Below, in pieces: positions 23,096-39,154 of a DNA stretch of 64,000 bases (position 1 is its first letter; each line of letters begins with the position of its first letter). The position numbers were made by a program, and so were the translations under genes. The notes beneath the pieces were generated by a model. That model did no database searches. It saw only the letters and a program-made list of their open reading frames with translations, and was not told the origin of the DNA. The stretch is from positions 152,520,001 through 152,584,000 of the forward strand of contig OZ024742.1 of the NCBI GenBank assembly GCA_964016885.1, written 5' to 3'. The DNA is from Eledone cirrhosa. Lineage: Eukaryota.

Positions 23096-24193
23096 CATTT
23101 AACAAGTATTGCAACAACGATCCACAAATGTTTTTTTTATCATGTGAACGTTTTATTGATTTCCTTACATGGGCATTAAATCAAACCTATAAGAGAGAAG
23201 AAATGAAATTTCCTATCACCATTACATTTTCCAATTATATAAGTGATATATTCTGAAATGGTTGGTTTTTGGTTTATCAAGTAGTGAAACCGTTTACTTC
23301 AATGAAGGAAAGATCGCGCCTTTCTTTAAAGAAACGTATATTTCCAATAGTGACATCTCACACATACAAACATACCAACACACTCACACATACACACACA
23401 TATTCAAACACGCACACACTTACACACACTTAGATATACACGCTTACGTACTCACACACGCGTTTGTACACATACACATAGATATAGATAAGTTGCTATC
23501 AAAACTGTTTAAGCTTAATCGCAGGGCGAAGTATCCTTACAATAATACACGCGTACACACGCACTCACACACGCACACACATTTATATATATATTTATAT
23601 ATATATATTTATATATATAGAGAGAGAGAGAGAGAAAGAGAAAGTGAGAGAGAGAGTGAGAGAAAAAGAAAGGGATAGATAGATAGATAGATAGATAGAT
23701 AGAGAGAGAGATGATGGACATATATGGCGAACACCCGAGCGTATACAAAAATCTATTTTTAATGGCTATAGTTTACGTACTCATAGAATAGAAGTGTAAG
23801 TTATGAATATGCTACTGTTAATAATACCTCTGTAGGTCAAAGTTATAGTCATGCACAATCCGACTGACCCCTCTGACTTGTCTAGGCCTAAAATCAAAAC
23901 TATACTACACTCACACTCACACAAATACAGACACACACGGATATATAATCATACACTCACACGTGCAGACTCTCTCTCTGCCTAACACGCACACATGCGC
24001 ATACATGGGCAGGCTATATCTCTCTTTATCTTTCTCTCTCTAACTCTCCCACACATGCATATTCAATTGCTCTCTCATACGCATACTCCCTCTCTCCCAC
24101 ATACACATTCAGATTTTATCTCTGTTTCGCACGCTTGCTCACTATCATACGCTGGCCCTCTTTCTCTCTCTCCCTCTAGCTCTTACCCACTCA

Positions 24194-24224
<31 letters not shown>

Positions 24225-24261
24225 GCTCTCACACGCTCTCTCTTTCTCTCTCTCTCACACG

Positions 24262-24319
<58 letters not shown>

Positions 24320-26061
24320 TACTCATAAGCACACAATTGTATATATTGTCTTCTTTCACTGTATAAAATCCTTAACATGCTCGGTTCACACTTGTGTTGG
24401 ATTTTAGAATCTGATAAATATTTGTTACACTATGAAGGATAACATATTGTTCTATTCGAATAATGGTTTCATAAAGTGGACGAGTTGATAAAATAGCGTA
24501 TTATAAGAAATTCTGGAGAAAGAGTTAATGTAATTGTATATTTATAAAGCAAAGACACAGGGACTAAAATATACTTATATCTTTAAATAAATTAAAGCGT
24601 ACTAACGAAAAGAGCATGAAATAAGAGCTAAAATCCCACCAGGAAAGCCCCGTTAAGTTTTGAAAGCACTTCAATTTCCTTATGACTTTATGTAATGATC
24701 CCATATTAGTATCTTTCTAAGTTCATTCTTCACACCATCACATCATATGGAATAAATACACATAAACATTGCACACTCACTCCTGAAAGTTTCTTACGAA
24801 TTTAACTGGATTACATCATAGTATCACAAAGTATTGAATAATGAAGGTGGTGAATTTGAAGAGTCCTTAGAGCGTCAGATTAAAAAGACGTGTTCCAAAC
24901 TGAATAAAGAAGAATCAAGCCTGGATTAAAATGTCCAAGCACGATGCGTATCAAGAAGACTCCACCAACAGTTTCTTTTACCTTACTGCATGATAACAAC
25001 ATTTTAAATCTTTATCTAGATCAGTGAGATAATTTGAAAATAATATTTGTTTATATGTTAAAGAGATTCATAAGTTCGGTCATTCAATTCAATTCGTTGT
25101 TAATTTAGAAGTAGTTAAGGAAAAAAATTGTCATCGGGTTGTTACGTTTCTATGAGCATAATTGGGCGAATGGGAAACGGCTTTGGTTGGCGTAAAAACC
25201 TAATGGTTTTTATCGGCTACGGCATGTCCTTGAGATTGTGGTTGGAAGACTTCAAAGTTCAAATGTCCTGAGGACTATGGCATATAAAATTAAGTATCCT
25301 GTTATTCTTCTCAGTGGTATTTCGTCTTCATTTACTTGCCTACAAACTAATCTAGTTTTCCTCGTCTCTTCATTCGGGCTAAGGTAAATGGCATACACTA
25401 TTAGATTACTTATCCATCACGTTATTTGAACTAATGAAATTATTCTACTTTCTATTTTCTTGGAACATTTTTGCTATAGAAAATTATTGTGTTTATAGCC
25501 GAACATTAAAACGATTGTGACTACTGATTCTCTCAAATATTGTCTTATTTCTGTTTGCCTCAAGACACAAGAAAGGAGAAATCTTGTGAGAATTGGTATA
25601 ATCTGTAGAGAGCAGGTCAAAATGTTATGTTCCACTTAATTTATTAAATTTAACTTCACATTTGAGTTCCTGCAAAATTGCCTTTCTCTTCCAAATATTG
25701 GTTGAGATTGAAGAGCGTACAACCATATCCCAAATATGTAGCCGTGCTCTTATGGTAGAACGCAATATACTATCAATATTATATGATATGGTACGATAGC
25801 CTCCCCCATATATATATTAGAATTCAGAATTAAAGTCTTTCAAATGTTAATTCGTAAACGTCTCGTATATTATTCTATTTACAAACATCACATGTATGAA
25901 TACAGCTATGTTGGAGCAAACATAGCAAATCTACTTTTTATTTAGGTTTAACGAGCCTTAAGCTCCGTGTGAAATTGAGGCTAATCAGCTCATATACATA
26001 AGCGATAAAACTATGTTTTCAGCTTATTTGAGTTCCAGTAGGAGGCAAGAAATGGATGCAT

Positions 26062-26102
26062 AAACTTGACGACAGCTAAAGAGCCAGAAACAGCTGTCGG
26101 TT
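26062..26102 (+). ncRNA. Decayed hammerhead motif (C3>U)
   Basis: aaac tTGACGA cagct-aaag-agcca GAAA cagctg TC ggtt; palindromic stem III and GUC triplet. Confidence 0.5.
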
Positions 26103-26257
26103 CTTCCCCCTTACTTGTGCTGGACAATGTAGATGACGTCAGTCATCACCATTAAAATTTATAGGTAATGGCTTTAAAATGTTTATTCGTAAACATATCG
26201 TTTTTTATTACCATTATTACCATTATATACAGCTATGTTGGCACGAACACATCCTCA

Positions 26258-26335
<78 letters not shown>

Positions 26336-26559
26336 TATATATATGCATATATATATGCATATATATATACGTTTGTTTGTGTGTTTGTGTGTGTGTCCTA
26401 TGTGTGTTGGCTGCATCTCTCTTTCGAGGATTGCATCACTTGATCCATTTCTCACAAATGGATGGCATGAATGTGACGTTTTAGCCTAGCCAAAAATTAA
26501 AATTCCATTCCGCAAATACGGCACAGAATGGAAAAGAAAAAAATCCCTTTTCAGCAAAG

Positions 26560-27775
26560 GGTAGAGTGGTTAGATGAAGTGTTGCCTGTGCGTGAAGCTT
26601 TTTTTTAGTGAAAATAGACCTTGCATTGGACCAATCACGCTCTCTGAACAACGATGACTGGTATTCGAAAAGAACATACACACACTTCTACTAGCTCTTT
26701 AACTAAATCCCTAACTAGTGTGAATAACTAATAATCGTTTGGTATATGCGATGATCAGCTGACGGTGGAGGCCTTCCCACTAGCACGCCCAGCGCTTGAG
26801 ACAGTTAACCTTCCTGGAGTGCTTGAAAAAAAAATTTCCCTTTCTTTCGGTAGACGAAAATACTCGGAACGGTTGACACACTATTGGGCCCTGGGTGGGC
26901 TGGGAGTCCACTACATCACTGGTTAACAACCGCCAATCGGTACTCTTAAACCTGGGCTTAACCTTACTTTTTAATCTTAATCTTAACTTCATATTTTACC
27001 CTGAAACTATTATGACTATCAATAATACATTTAACCTTTTCATAAATGCTTCCTTCTGTAAAATGTTTAACTAAATCTCCCAATTTTAAGCCTAAATCTT
27101 ATTTTTCTAATTTTATCTTAAATTATATCTTTTAATTCTAAACATAAACTTTACATTTGTAATATTTAATCGCAATTTCTGACTCTACAATAAAAAATCT
27201 ACTGTACAGGCGCCCACTATATATACTTTCGTTAAATATATATTTTTTTTAGGAAAATATATTTCTTAACACTTTTTAGCACTTCTGACTAACTTCTTTG
27301 TAACCTGATCCCACCGTTAGCATCTGTCCATGACGGGGCCGTAGTATTGCACTATAAGCTTACGGCCCCTTACCAAAACGACTTGACAAGACTAGGTAGT
27401 TCCCTCACTTGAATGCGGCCAACCAGACTGGTAACTGCTAATATTTTGGTCGCCTCTCAACTTGGGCATCGCTCTGCTTTTCAGCCCCTTGGATTGTGTT
27501 TATTATATCCCTTTGTTAAATTTCGGAATACCTGATGATGTCACCGGATTCATAGTGAGCCCGGTCATTGAAATGTTCATAGTATAATAAACCTTTAAGG
27601 AATTACATCAGTCCGGCCTCCTGTTATTTTATAACAATTAACACGGTACTCGCAGCACCAACAACACAAACGAAGACGGGTGAGTTGTATTACGTCGAGT
27701 GCTCTCCCTAATATTACATCAAGGCTGACTATACGGAATGACCAGTTCTATCCTGTGGTGAACCAACACACTTAA
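26560..27775 (+). mobile_element. Decayed PLE 3' fragment with pseudo-LTR
   Basis: GTLKPGLN (GIY-YIG C-terminal Tl.PxGLN-like motif) at ~26940-26962, downstream hammerhead, ends at (TA)n. Confidence 0.5.
27528..27585 (+). ncRNA. Type I hammerhead ribozyme
   Basis: atac CTGATGA ..accgg-attca-tag-tgagc-ccggt.. GAAA tgttca TA gtat. Confidence 0.8.
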
Positions 27776-27780
27776 ATGAA

Positions 27781-27859
<79 letters not shown>

Positions 27860-27968
27860 GTATATATGTGTGTGTTTATATATATATATATGTATATGTA
27901 TATATACATATATTTATATACACACACACACACACACAAATCTCTCTCTCTCTCTCTCTCTCTATATA

Positions 27969-28068
<100 letters not shown>

Positions 28069-29208
28069 CATATATATATATATAAATAAATATACACGGG
28101 TGTGTATGATTGTGTAGTTTTGTATGAGGTGGATGGGACGACTTAAAATTCAGCTATTGATGGTTGTCTGTGTGTTTATAGTATATATCCGTGGTAATGG
28201 TGGTGTCGTTTTTTATTACCATTATATCTAGGCGTGTAATTTGATACTACTGATCTCTTTTTTAAAATGGAGAGATGGGTGTAGGTTATTCAGGAGGATA
28301 TTGAACTCATGCACCTCATACAAAACGCAACAATCCCTTACTGCCTAGACAGAAGAATTTGTACCATTGTAGAAGATACGAATACCAGGAACAAACGCCT
28401 TACAGAACCTAGAGAATCTTTGCTCAAACAAAAATACCCATCTCTACTTATAAAAAATGGCATACAGCGGGCTATAAAAATACCTATACAACAACTTAGG
28501 ACAACCCAAAGAAGAAAAAACCAAGAACTGGTCATACCATTTATAACCCATGTCACCAAAATATATTTAACACTGCCAAAGCAAACCTACTGATCCTTGT
28601 TCAAAGTAATGAATTAAAAGGTTTAATCACAGACCGAGCTTTGATTCTTAGTAAAAGACAGCCGAAAAATTTGAAGCAATTACTAACAAAGGCAAAATGT
28701 TACCTTAACAACGAAGACCAATCATTCACTGTATCTAAATGCAATGATAGTCGATGTGGCACATGTCAGTTCATACATACTGATCAATATAGGAACACAA
28801 AAATTGGAAAAATATTCCCAAATGCAAATATGAACTGCAAAAGTTGAAATCTAATTTACTGCATTAAATTCCCGAATTGTGAAGAACTATATGTCGGTCA
28901 AACTGGAAATGCACTATCGGAATGTGCACGGGTGCACCGAGAGCAAATCAGAGAACCAAATGTCCGTCAGATACCACTGAGTAACCATCTAGCAACATGT
29001 GGTCAGAAAATATTTATAATATTTCCATTCTACAAACTACACAGGCCAAGTGAAATCGAGAGAAAAATAAAATAAAATAATTTTTTTGATAAATTCCAAC
29101 GCAAGCTAAATGAACAATAATAATACTTAGGGGTATTACTCCTACTATGACTACGCCTACGACCATGTCGACTACCACTACTGGCAACAACAACAACAAT
29201 AATAATAA

Positions 29209-29378
29209 TTGGCACAAGGCCAGCAATTAACCAGTACATTACTGGTACTTTATTTAATCGACCCCTAAGGATGAAAGGCAACGTTAACCTCGGCGGGATT
29301 TGAACTCAGATCATAAAGGGACGTAACTCTATGCCTCAAAGCATGGTGTCCCATTCTCTACCGATACTGCCAATCCAC
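29209..29378 (-). mobile_element. SINE family A
   Basis: Reverse complement of 16687-16869, flanked by aacaataataataat repeats. Confidence 0.9.
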
Positions 29379-29707
29379 AACAATAATAATAATGAAAGTG
29401 ATGTTGATGTTGATGATTACTGAAGATTTTTTTAGAAAACCCTAGAAAACGCTATTTTCATCATTTCTAAAATAGCAAATCAATTGATGCTTTGGATAGG
29501 GTCAAATAGAAATCGTTAGACATGCTGAACCAACCGTGACGCCTAAATCAATCAGCTTTAGTAATCTAGTGAAACCACACACCGATCGGTCGAAATACAG
29601 TTTGCAAAACTTAGCATTCTGTAGCCCTTTTTTACTGTATATAAGGCACAGATGTTAGCCATCTCATTACAGTTGAGAATTGTAAACTTGAGTGTCACCA
29701 CTGAATA

Positions 29708-29746
29708 TGAACCTGAAGATTGCGAAAGCATGAAAGTACTTGTTCA
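29708..29746 (+). ncRNA. Very compact type I minimal hammerhead (39 nt)
   Basis: tgaac CTGAAGA t-tgc-gaaa-gca-t GAAA gtac TT gttca. Confidence 0.8.
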
Positions 29747-29857
29747 ATTAATATTTAACATTTAATATTCTACCATACTATTTCATTATAATATCATTAT
29801 AATTTTACAGGATTGTAAATAAAATGAGTAAATCAGACAAAGTTGGAATTCCTTTTA

Positions 29858-29908
<51 letters not shown>

Positions 29909-29917
29909 ATGCCTCTT

Positions 29918-29967
<50 letters not shown>

Positions 29968-31223
29968 GGAACAGGCATGGATATGAATACGCTGTTACTA
30001 TTTAAGTTCAATAAGACCGTTATTCAACTTAACGCTCTAATTCCAAGGAAATAGAGTATAGTCATTTATATTTTCGGTTTAAAGATATATATTTTTAGTG
30101 TATCTCTCCGACTACTACAGCGTTTTATAGAAATAGAGTCATGATATATTGTTTACATGTAATACGTTTAACATAGGCATTGATAGAAATGATTATCTCA
30201 TATATATTTAGTAAAGAAGCAGGAATATAATTAAGTTTCTTTATGAGAGTCACAATGTAAGCAAACTAGTAAACTGATTGATAGATCTGCTAGGTCAGAT
30301 AACCCGTGATATTTAGAACATTGTTCTGCTCTACAGACAAAATGAACGCATCCAGTTGGATACGATCACGGGACCTATGTTTACGTTGTTTGCTATCATA
30401 TTTACTTGATCGATTTGCATAAAAGTCTTTTAAGCAATCTGAAAAGATATTTTCTAACGTGACAAATTTAATTTATTTATTATATATCATAGGTATATAA
30501 AATCAGAGGGAAATTCCTTTGAAAAGACGGTTGTGTAGTGTAATGTGATTTCCTACTTATTCTAAAGAATATTAGAGAGATTATTATTCACATTACTTCA
30601 ATCGGAATAATTCCTAAATAAATTGAAATCTCCTTCCATTCAATTTATGCTGGAATTATTTAAACTCATAACATTCAAAGGAGACTGGCAGCGATTGTAT
30701 TAAAATATCTAGTTGTTAGACACACATTGTGTACTTTCTAGGTAGTTAAATAAAAACAACCTTTGTAAGCATAATAATGTAAAGTAAATTTGGAATCAAG
30801 TTTACTCAAATTAAATTGATAGTGGCATGAGATGTGTTGTTAGCTTTGCATTTAGCATCTTTAGGCTCTGTTTTATTCTAATACAAAGTTATACAATCGT
30901 AGTGGAAATTTTGTATCAATAAACAGAAGACAAAATACGAAGGAAAAATCTTTCATATGTGAATTTAGAATCGCGTTATTTTATCAGAATCATTGCCTCA
31001 CTTTCAAAATGTTATGTCTTACGTAAGAGATTTATGCTCTTTCTCAGTTACGGAAAAAAGATGTATCTGGTGCACACACACACACTTATACAGGTTACAG
31101 CTACACCGAAGCATACATGCACACGGAAATGCATACATCCCACACACCTCCATATATACATATTACGAGAGAGCAGTGATCGATAGTGAGTGAATGAGAT
31201 AGATAGTTAGAAAGAGAGAGAGA

Positions 31224-31274
<51 letters not shown>

Positions 31275-31629
31275 AGTGAGGGAAAGAACTGAAAGGTGTG
31301 GAACATCTAACAATAATTTATCGAACAACAGTAAAACTGACTCTAGAATGGAAGAAAACAGTCTTATAAAAAAAGTGTTAGGAAGAGATCGGAATTTTGT
31401 AGTGAGCTTTATCGTAGAAATGTTATCGTTGTTTAGCTCATGTCAATTCAGATTGAACAGACCTATTAGTGTGTCATGGGCTGCATTTTCTAATATGTCC
31501 GTTTTCTAAGAGAGTTAACCTTGACTTCCGGTAGATTTTCACTGACAACTCATTTGCTCAGTCATTGACGTGAACATACTTTAATATCATTGTAGAGTTA
31601 ATGATGCACTCACCTCGTTTAAACGCGGT

Positions 31630-32620
31630 GTGCGTTTTAACGATGACATCAAAATCGTTCCAGGAAAAATGTTTTCCATATTTAACGATAAATGTGATGC
31701 AAAATATCAAAGCATAACATTAAAGTGATCTATCAACATATGAATATGTGAATGGCATTAGTAAAACAAAGATAAGGGAATAAAAGGTAATATACACAAT
31801 AAACCAACAAATGAGATCAGTTGGAAATATCAAAATGTGCAAATTGAAACGAAACGAAACGCATGATTAGGATAAAATATACAAGCTTAGTTGTTGAAAT
31901 AAAGAAGTGTTCAAATTGGAAGACTGAGTGGAATAGGAAAATTTAAAGGATGCCAAAAATTACTTCAGGATACTAACATCTAGGGATAATGATTGCGAAA
32001 CTACTTTAACAATCCCGGTTTAGTACGATAACTATCAAAGTAACAAGCTGTTATATCATTCATAGTGACAACATCTCGGAAAACAGCTTGTTAGAAGGCG
32101 CTGAAAATGTATATTCGAGTGCAAGAATCCGGTTTGAAATAGGAAGTAAAAATACATAATCAGAATGTCAATATATGATGGCTGAGTTGGGAGGGCTTTC
32201 ATTGCAGCAACAATATGCATTAAAGTAAAATAGGCTTTGCTGTACAAATAAATGTATTATGACAAAGATCATGCAGCGTTTGGGAAGAGCAAGAGATTAT
32301 TGTCAACATGACATTTGGGGATAGAAAGAGATGTGCCAAAAGCAGGTGAATTAGATGAAGGAAATAGAAAATAATATTTATTATGGGATAAAATAGAAGA
32401 ATCTTCCATTTTCGTGGATTATTAAGTGTCCAGCTCTGTTTAAGCTGGACGTTAATACAAAAAGCGTCACGTTATATGATGGTTGTTTGAAGATCATAGA
32501 CGTAAACATGAAGGAACTACAAAAAGTGTTTGATCATTTCATATTTGATTTCGATATTATGAAATATTTATCACAGATGATTTTCAGAAAAAAAAAATTA
32601 TGAACGTTCTCTCTCTCTCT

Positions 32621-32677
<57 letters not shown>

Positions 32678-33630
32678 TCTCTCTCTCTCTCTCACACACA
32701 CTCTCTCTCTCTCTATGTATCTCTCTCTCTCTATATATATACATATATGTCTCTCTCTCTCCCCTTGCTCTCTCTCACTCTCTCACATTCTTCTAAATTA
32801 GCCATAAGATAGGTCGTGGGGGTTCATACGTGGCGTCTGTTTCTTCAGAAATGGAGAGAATTTGATTGAGTGCCTAGCGTTTAACTCTTCTAAAACAAAA
32901 CAAAAAGAAAACGAACGAATCTTTATGCTACTGGAATAGTCCCATGAAGGCCTGAAGTGATGTACATCTCACAAGAGAAACACAGACATCAGGAATAAAT
33001 TATCCCCTGTGAATAATTCTCAAAATTGCATGGGGTGACATATAAGACATTTAGCTGCTATTTCTAGGCTCTAGAAAGACAGTGTATAGTCGCTATCGTC
33101 GACCTGGGGTCTAGTTAGTGTAGAACGTTTGTATGAAGACGGAAAATTATATTGTCCTGTGTGGATTTTGTTATCTAATAAAAAGAGAAACATCCCAACA
33201 TTTCCAGATGAAAGAACATACAAGATTATAGTGATAGTAACGCAAAGAGATCGCAATGTAGAACAAATAAAAATATTCATATTAAACTATACACTATATA
33301 ATGGCGGATAAAAAGAACATAAAGATTTGATCATTAAAATAGTACAAGCCTTTCCAATGATAATTGGGAAAATAGGAGTGGCTATCAGAAATTGTAAATA
33401 ATTTGAAACATAACTACAAATGGAAGTAAATTTGGAAGTATTCCAAAACACTTCTTCCATTAAGAAATAGCTCAAATACTGTAAACAAATACTTGAATAT
33501 GCCTCCTTAACAGTCGTAACAGCTACCACAACGGACATAAACGGCAATAACACACCAACATAAAAACAACCAAAATAACCAGAAAAACAAGATCAATAAT
33601 AACTCAAGCAATAGCTACAACAACAATGAG
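31630..33630 (+). mobile_element. Highly decayed R4/Dong-like (restriction-like endonuclease) LINE 3' portion
   Basis: CPAL...YKKRH at 32427-32470 and KEHKDLIIKI..FPMIIGKIG at ~33310-33380 resemble the Zn-knuckle and RLE motifs; CAA/TAA-rich tail. Boundaries uncertain. Confidence 0.45.
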
Positions 33631-36204
33631 ATATGTTAAAAAATAACATAAAATATATATGTATATATTTTATCAGGATGAGGAAACATATATGATAAAG
33701 AATCGGTTTTATTAAAAAAACCCTTTCGTTCAATGCATTCGTATACGTTGAAATGTATTTTTCTAATTTTCAAGACATCTCCAAAAGATATACGAAATCT
33801 TCAAAATAAAATGAAACGAAAAAGCTAAGAAAAAATCATAACTGATTCCCATGATAATTCATGCCTATCTAAAAGGATTTACGGCTGAAAACACAAATCC
33901 ATAACATTCATATCTCACCGGAATGTTAGATTGTATCGATTTAAAATTGATCTCAGGCAGATTCGAATTGTTACATGACCGCTCACAAAAGTACGAGAAG
34001 AAATTATAACAAACGTTGGTAAAAAAAAATCAAGCAAAAGGAATTATTGTTAAATTTGCTGAACATAATTCTCAGGCTTTTCTGTCAGATATCCATTCGT
34101 TCTCGTCAATACGGGTTTTATTCACTCCTTCATTTATTCCTTCGTTATTTCTTTCGTATTTAAGAATTCATACATCTACTTTCTATATTTTATCTTTTAC
34201 TGATAAAGAAAGCAACAAATAAGAGAAAAAAAGTTCTCGATCGATAACGTCTAGCAATTATATTGCAGTTTTAATTTTAAGGAATTAATAGTGGTATATT
34301 CACTTATTTACATTTATGCTTTTGTCTACTTATTTCTTTATATGAAAATGTAGCCGTTAACCGAGTCAATAAAGTGTATTTGACTACCTCCCTGTGGTGA
34401 AATGGTTTCAATCACGTCATTGAAGTATACTTAATCATGAATGAGCAGTCCACTGAACTGCAAATATGTACCACATCTTAGCACTACAACTATTTCCTTA
34501 TCGCTATACATGGTAGGAACTGTGTACATTAAAATATTAATATATTTAATATTGTTCTCTCGTTGATGAGAAGATAACAAACAATAACAGAAATATTGCC
34601 ACTAGCATCTACATCCCTGTTGTAGTTTAAAGGAATTAAAAATTATATGCAATTAGATCTCCTACGGTGAATCATCAAATGATAATATAAAGTGGAAATA
34701 TTAGTATTTCTGTGTTATACTTTGAGTACAATAATATTGTTTTATCTGCTTGTTGCATACGAAGATTAGTACTAAGTTGTGAACCTGAAAACATTATATC
34801 AGGTGTGTCTTTCGAGACTAGTTTGATTCGTGTATTGCCATTTCTGCCGATGTCACATAATATCGTGATAGGGCTGTAGAGGCATAGAATGAAGAGCTCC
34901 AATTATAGACTTTATACATGATAACATTGTACTCTATTTAATCTTGATTATATTCTATAGTCATAACAAGTGGGCTGGGACATGATTATAGATATGCCAA
35001 TAAAATTAGCCTCAAAATGAATAATGAAAGTCTCATATATACAAAGTTTAATACAAAGATATTCACACATACATTCGCGCAGACACAAAGACACGGACAG
35101 AGAGCGAGACAGACACACACAGACACACGCACAGACATACACACACACACATCCACACACACACATACACACACACACATACACACACATACACAAATAC
35201 ACGCACGCACACATACAGATACACACACACATACATATATATATGTGTGTGTATGTGTGATATATGTGTCTGTTATTATTTAAACACACGAACTACAATA
35301 TATTTCATAGGAAATTGTAAATAAGGCCGCATCAATGCCATAAATACCGGTAATTACAATTAACATCCAACAAACGTAACTCGATAAACTAGGTGTGATA
35401 TGTATTCTTTAAGAAACCTTTCATTTCACTTTCGTCTGCATACCGGTTATGAAAACAATCACTGGTAGGAACTTTGAAAAGCCGAAAATCATCAGTGTAT
35501 ATTACCATGTCAATATATGAATTTATGACACAAAACAGGTTGATATATTTGGTGTATGTAATATCTTGACACAGAGGTACCCGGCTTTATATCTATTGAA
35601 ATGTTCAAAAGATAGCTCTAAATCTAAGACAAAAAATGATCGGACTTAATATTAATTTCGCATGAAATAAGTGTTGTCATATATTGATATCCCCCAAATA
35701 ATTATATATGTTTCCATATAGCTATGCAATAAAAGCCAGATGTGCTTCGATACATTTGTGTCAAAAGGTCTTCCAGAATTTCTGAAAGATTGTTGATATT
35801 GCTTGTATGTTAAATTAAACGGGTTTTCTAAGAAACAGTGATAATAATTAGGAACTACATTATTATTTGTACATACTTTCGCATAATAATGTATTGATAT
35901 CGCAAGACATAAATTATTTAATGGTCAATTCATGTAGTTAATGTGATGAATTGGATGAAGATAGTTGTTTAAGATTATGTTATAACTATACATTATTTCA
36001 GTACCAAAATTATGTGTCCAATAAAAATGTAATTTAAGACTTTTTATATTAAAAAACGTATAATGTCCGTGATATTTATTAACATATTTATCTGATAAAT
36101 TAAAGAAATGTTTACCAATGCCTATATAAACATTAATATTGAATGGAACATTAAATCAAGTATTTTGACGTTTGTTTCATTCACGTCTGATAGAAATATT
36201 AATA

Positions 36205-36665
36205 ATAATAATGATGATTTCTACTATAGTCACATGGCCGGCAATTTGAATAGGGGGAGACGATTACATCGACTCCACTGCATGACTGGTACTTTATTTT
36301 ATCAGCTCAGTAAGGATGAAAGGCAAAGCTTAAATTCAGCCATTAAATTTCTCATGGATTGGCAGTATCGGCAGATCCCGGCGAGAATAACTTTGCCTTT
36401 CATCCTTACGGGGTTGATAAAATAAAGTACCAGTAATGTTTATTTGCTGGCCTTGTGCCAAAAGTAGAAACAATTATTATAATGATTATTATTATTAATA
36501 TTATTGCTACTAATCATTTCGATGGATTGGCAGTATCGGTTAGAGCCTCCGGCAACATGCTTTGCGGCATAGAGTTACGGCTCTTTACGTTATGAATTCA
36601 AATCCCATTGCGGTCGATATGATAAAGCGCCAGTAACGCACTGGCGTGGGTTTAACCGACTTTCG
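36205..36665. mobile_element. Cluster of partial SINEs (one minus 36205-36335; two family A plus ~36355-36480 and ~36522-36660)
   Basis: ggattggcagtatcgg heads and the gcctttcatcc..gataaaataaagtaccag core on both strands. Confidence 0.8.
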
Positions 36666-36789
36666 CTACGCCCTCCCCCCAGAATTATTAACATATTCAC
36701 TAAATTGTTTAAATGTTGGGTGTACATTTAGATTATCGAATATAAATTATTCATTGTCATATGTAACGAATGAGATATCTAGCCGCACT

Positions 36790-36950
36790 CATGCGTGTAC
36801 AGCTTGAATGTTCGACTTTCAGCCATGTACTTCTGGGTTCAGACCCCTGCACAATACTTTGAGCATGAGTCTTCTATTATAGGTATAGATACAACAATGC
36901 CCTGTGTTTAAAATTCAGCAGACAGGAAAAGCTGACGCCCGTCGTATATA
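36790..36950 (+). mobile_element. Decayed tRNA-derived SINE (family C)
   Basis: gggttcagacccc B-box-like motif and layout similar to 56338-56465. Confidence 0.45.
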
Positions 36951-37413
36951 TATATATATGGGTGTGTGTGCGCGTATCTCTGTGTATGTGTGTGTGTGCG
37001 TGTATGTGTACATATGTGTATGTGCGGGTGTTTATTTATTTGTGATTATGTTTGCAATTTTAAATTTATTTTGTTGATGTTCCTTAACAGCGGTTCGAAA
37101 GGAGAAATTGATAAAATATATTCCAGATTTGAGAGAATAATTGCATGTGCCGCTAGGATCTACTAAACGTCGTTGATGACACAGTATGACTGCAGCTTAA
37201 GGAATGAAACCAATAAACCAATAAAGCAATCTAAAATTATCAACTATCTTGTTTCTGAAATTATTTATCTCTCAAAAGTGATAACACAATATCATGCCAA
37301 TCGTAAGTTATAAGTAGTATATTTATTTTATAAATACAAATTAAATGACAAAATCACGTATAATCTTGGCTCCCCATCGTTACATCAAACGAATTAATAT
37401 CGTAGGTTTTGGG

Positions 37414-37488
<75 letters not shown>

Positions 37489-37489
37489 G

Positions 37490-37935
<446 letters not shown>

Positions 37936-38204
37936 ATATATATATATAACAGGTGATAATATGTAGAGAATGTAAGAACACATAGATCCGTAAGGTAGCA
38001 TTTTGAAATTTAACAAAAAAATTTAAACATATTTACCTGGCAAAAATGAGTTTTATTCCTTCGTACGTAATCCTTAATAGCTATGAAATACGTTTCGCTC
38101 TTATAAATGCAGTTCAATAGTCAATCAAGGACCATCAAGAGATGTTCCTATTTGTAGAAGTATATGTATGTATATGTATGTACATACATATATAATACGT
38201 TTTA

Positions 38205-39011
38205 CTAGTTTTGCATACGCAAAATCGACTCCGTGATATTCGTACTCTCCAATACTAAATAGGGAGTTCTTCAGGTCTTCTAAAATAAGACTGTATGTCT
38301 TTTGGAATTTTGTTACGTCTCTTTAATTCTATGACTGCTGGTGCAAAGGATACAATTATGTCGTTATATATATATATAATTACAAGGGTGTGTATGATTG
38401 TGTATAGAAGATTATATTAATAAAAGGAGTTCCAACATTGTCTGATTTGCTAGTTTTATTTACAATCCTTTAAAGCTATAATGATATTATAATGGAATAG
38501 TATGGTAGAATATTAAATGTTAAGTGTTAATTGAACAAGTACTTTCATGCTTTAGCAATCTTCAGGTTCACATTCTATGGTGACAGTCAAGTTTGAAAAT
38601 TGCAAAATTTGAACAGGAACAAAACAGAGAGGCAGTACAACGAATGTTTATTTTCTTTCACGCTCTGGAGAGTGGGGTGGTGGTGGGGAACGACGTTTCG
38701 GGCATAAGCCCTTCCTCAGGTGAGAAGTGTGTGGGAAGAGAGTTCAACGGGTGTGTAGGGGAGTGGTGGAGAGACATATAGCGAAAAGGGGGTGGGAGGA
38801 AACGGTGCGATATATATGACGACATCATTGTATCCCTTGCACCAGCAGTCATAGAATTAAAGAGTGAGCGGGGTTACCCGAACCGGCCAATGAAAATGAA
38901 CGTAGCAAAATTCCAAACGACATACAGTCTTATTTTAGAAGACCTGAAGAACTCCCTAATTAGTATTGGAGAGTACGAATATCAGTGAGGCGTTTTGCGT
39001 ATGCGAAACTA
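38205..39011. repeat. ~110-bp inverted repeat pair (38205-38317 / 38900-39011) enclosing a hammerhead-bearing pLTR fragment
   Basis: catacagtcttattttagaagacctgaagaactcccta is present on both strands. Confidence 0.8.
38689..38723 (-). ncRNA. Type I minimal hammerhead ribozyme
   Basis: Minus strand: ac CTGAGGA a-gggc-ttat-gccc GAAA cg TC gt; short stem I. Confidence 0.7.
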
Positions 39012-39045
39012 TGCATATACATACATATACTTCTACAAATATGAA

Positions 39046-39097
<52 letters not shown>

Positions 39098-39115
39098 CTT
39101 CTCTCATTCTCCCCC

Positions 39116-39154
<39 letters not shown>

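Larger units (their letters stand above)
28305..29820 (+). mobile_element. 5'-truncated Neptune-type PLE (thumb + GIY-YIG pseudogene 28309-29110, 3' UTR, hammerhead)
   Basis: IPYCLDRRICTIV, KYPSLLIKNGI, SKRQPKNLKQLL, CNDSRCGTC, NLIYCI..LYVGQTG..VH..LSNH. Collinear with 6980-7795. Confidence 0.88.

Noticed and set aside
35400-35850. Very old LINE RT on the minus strand (IYTDDF-like string)
   Set aside because: Too degenerate to support by eye; needs a profile search.
38941-38990. Hammerhead in the inverted repeat (CTGAAGA..GAAT)
   Set aside because: The GAAA/UH half and stem III are not recoverable in either copy.
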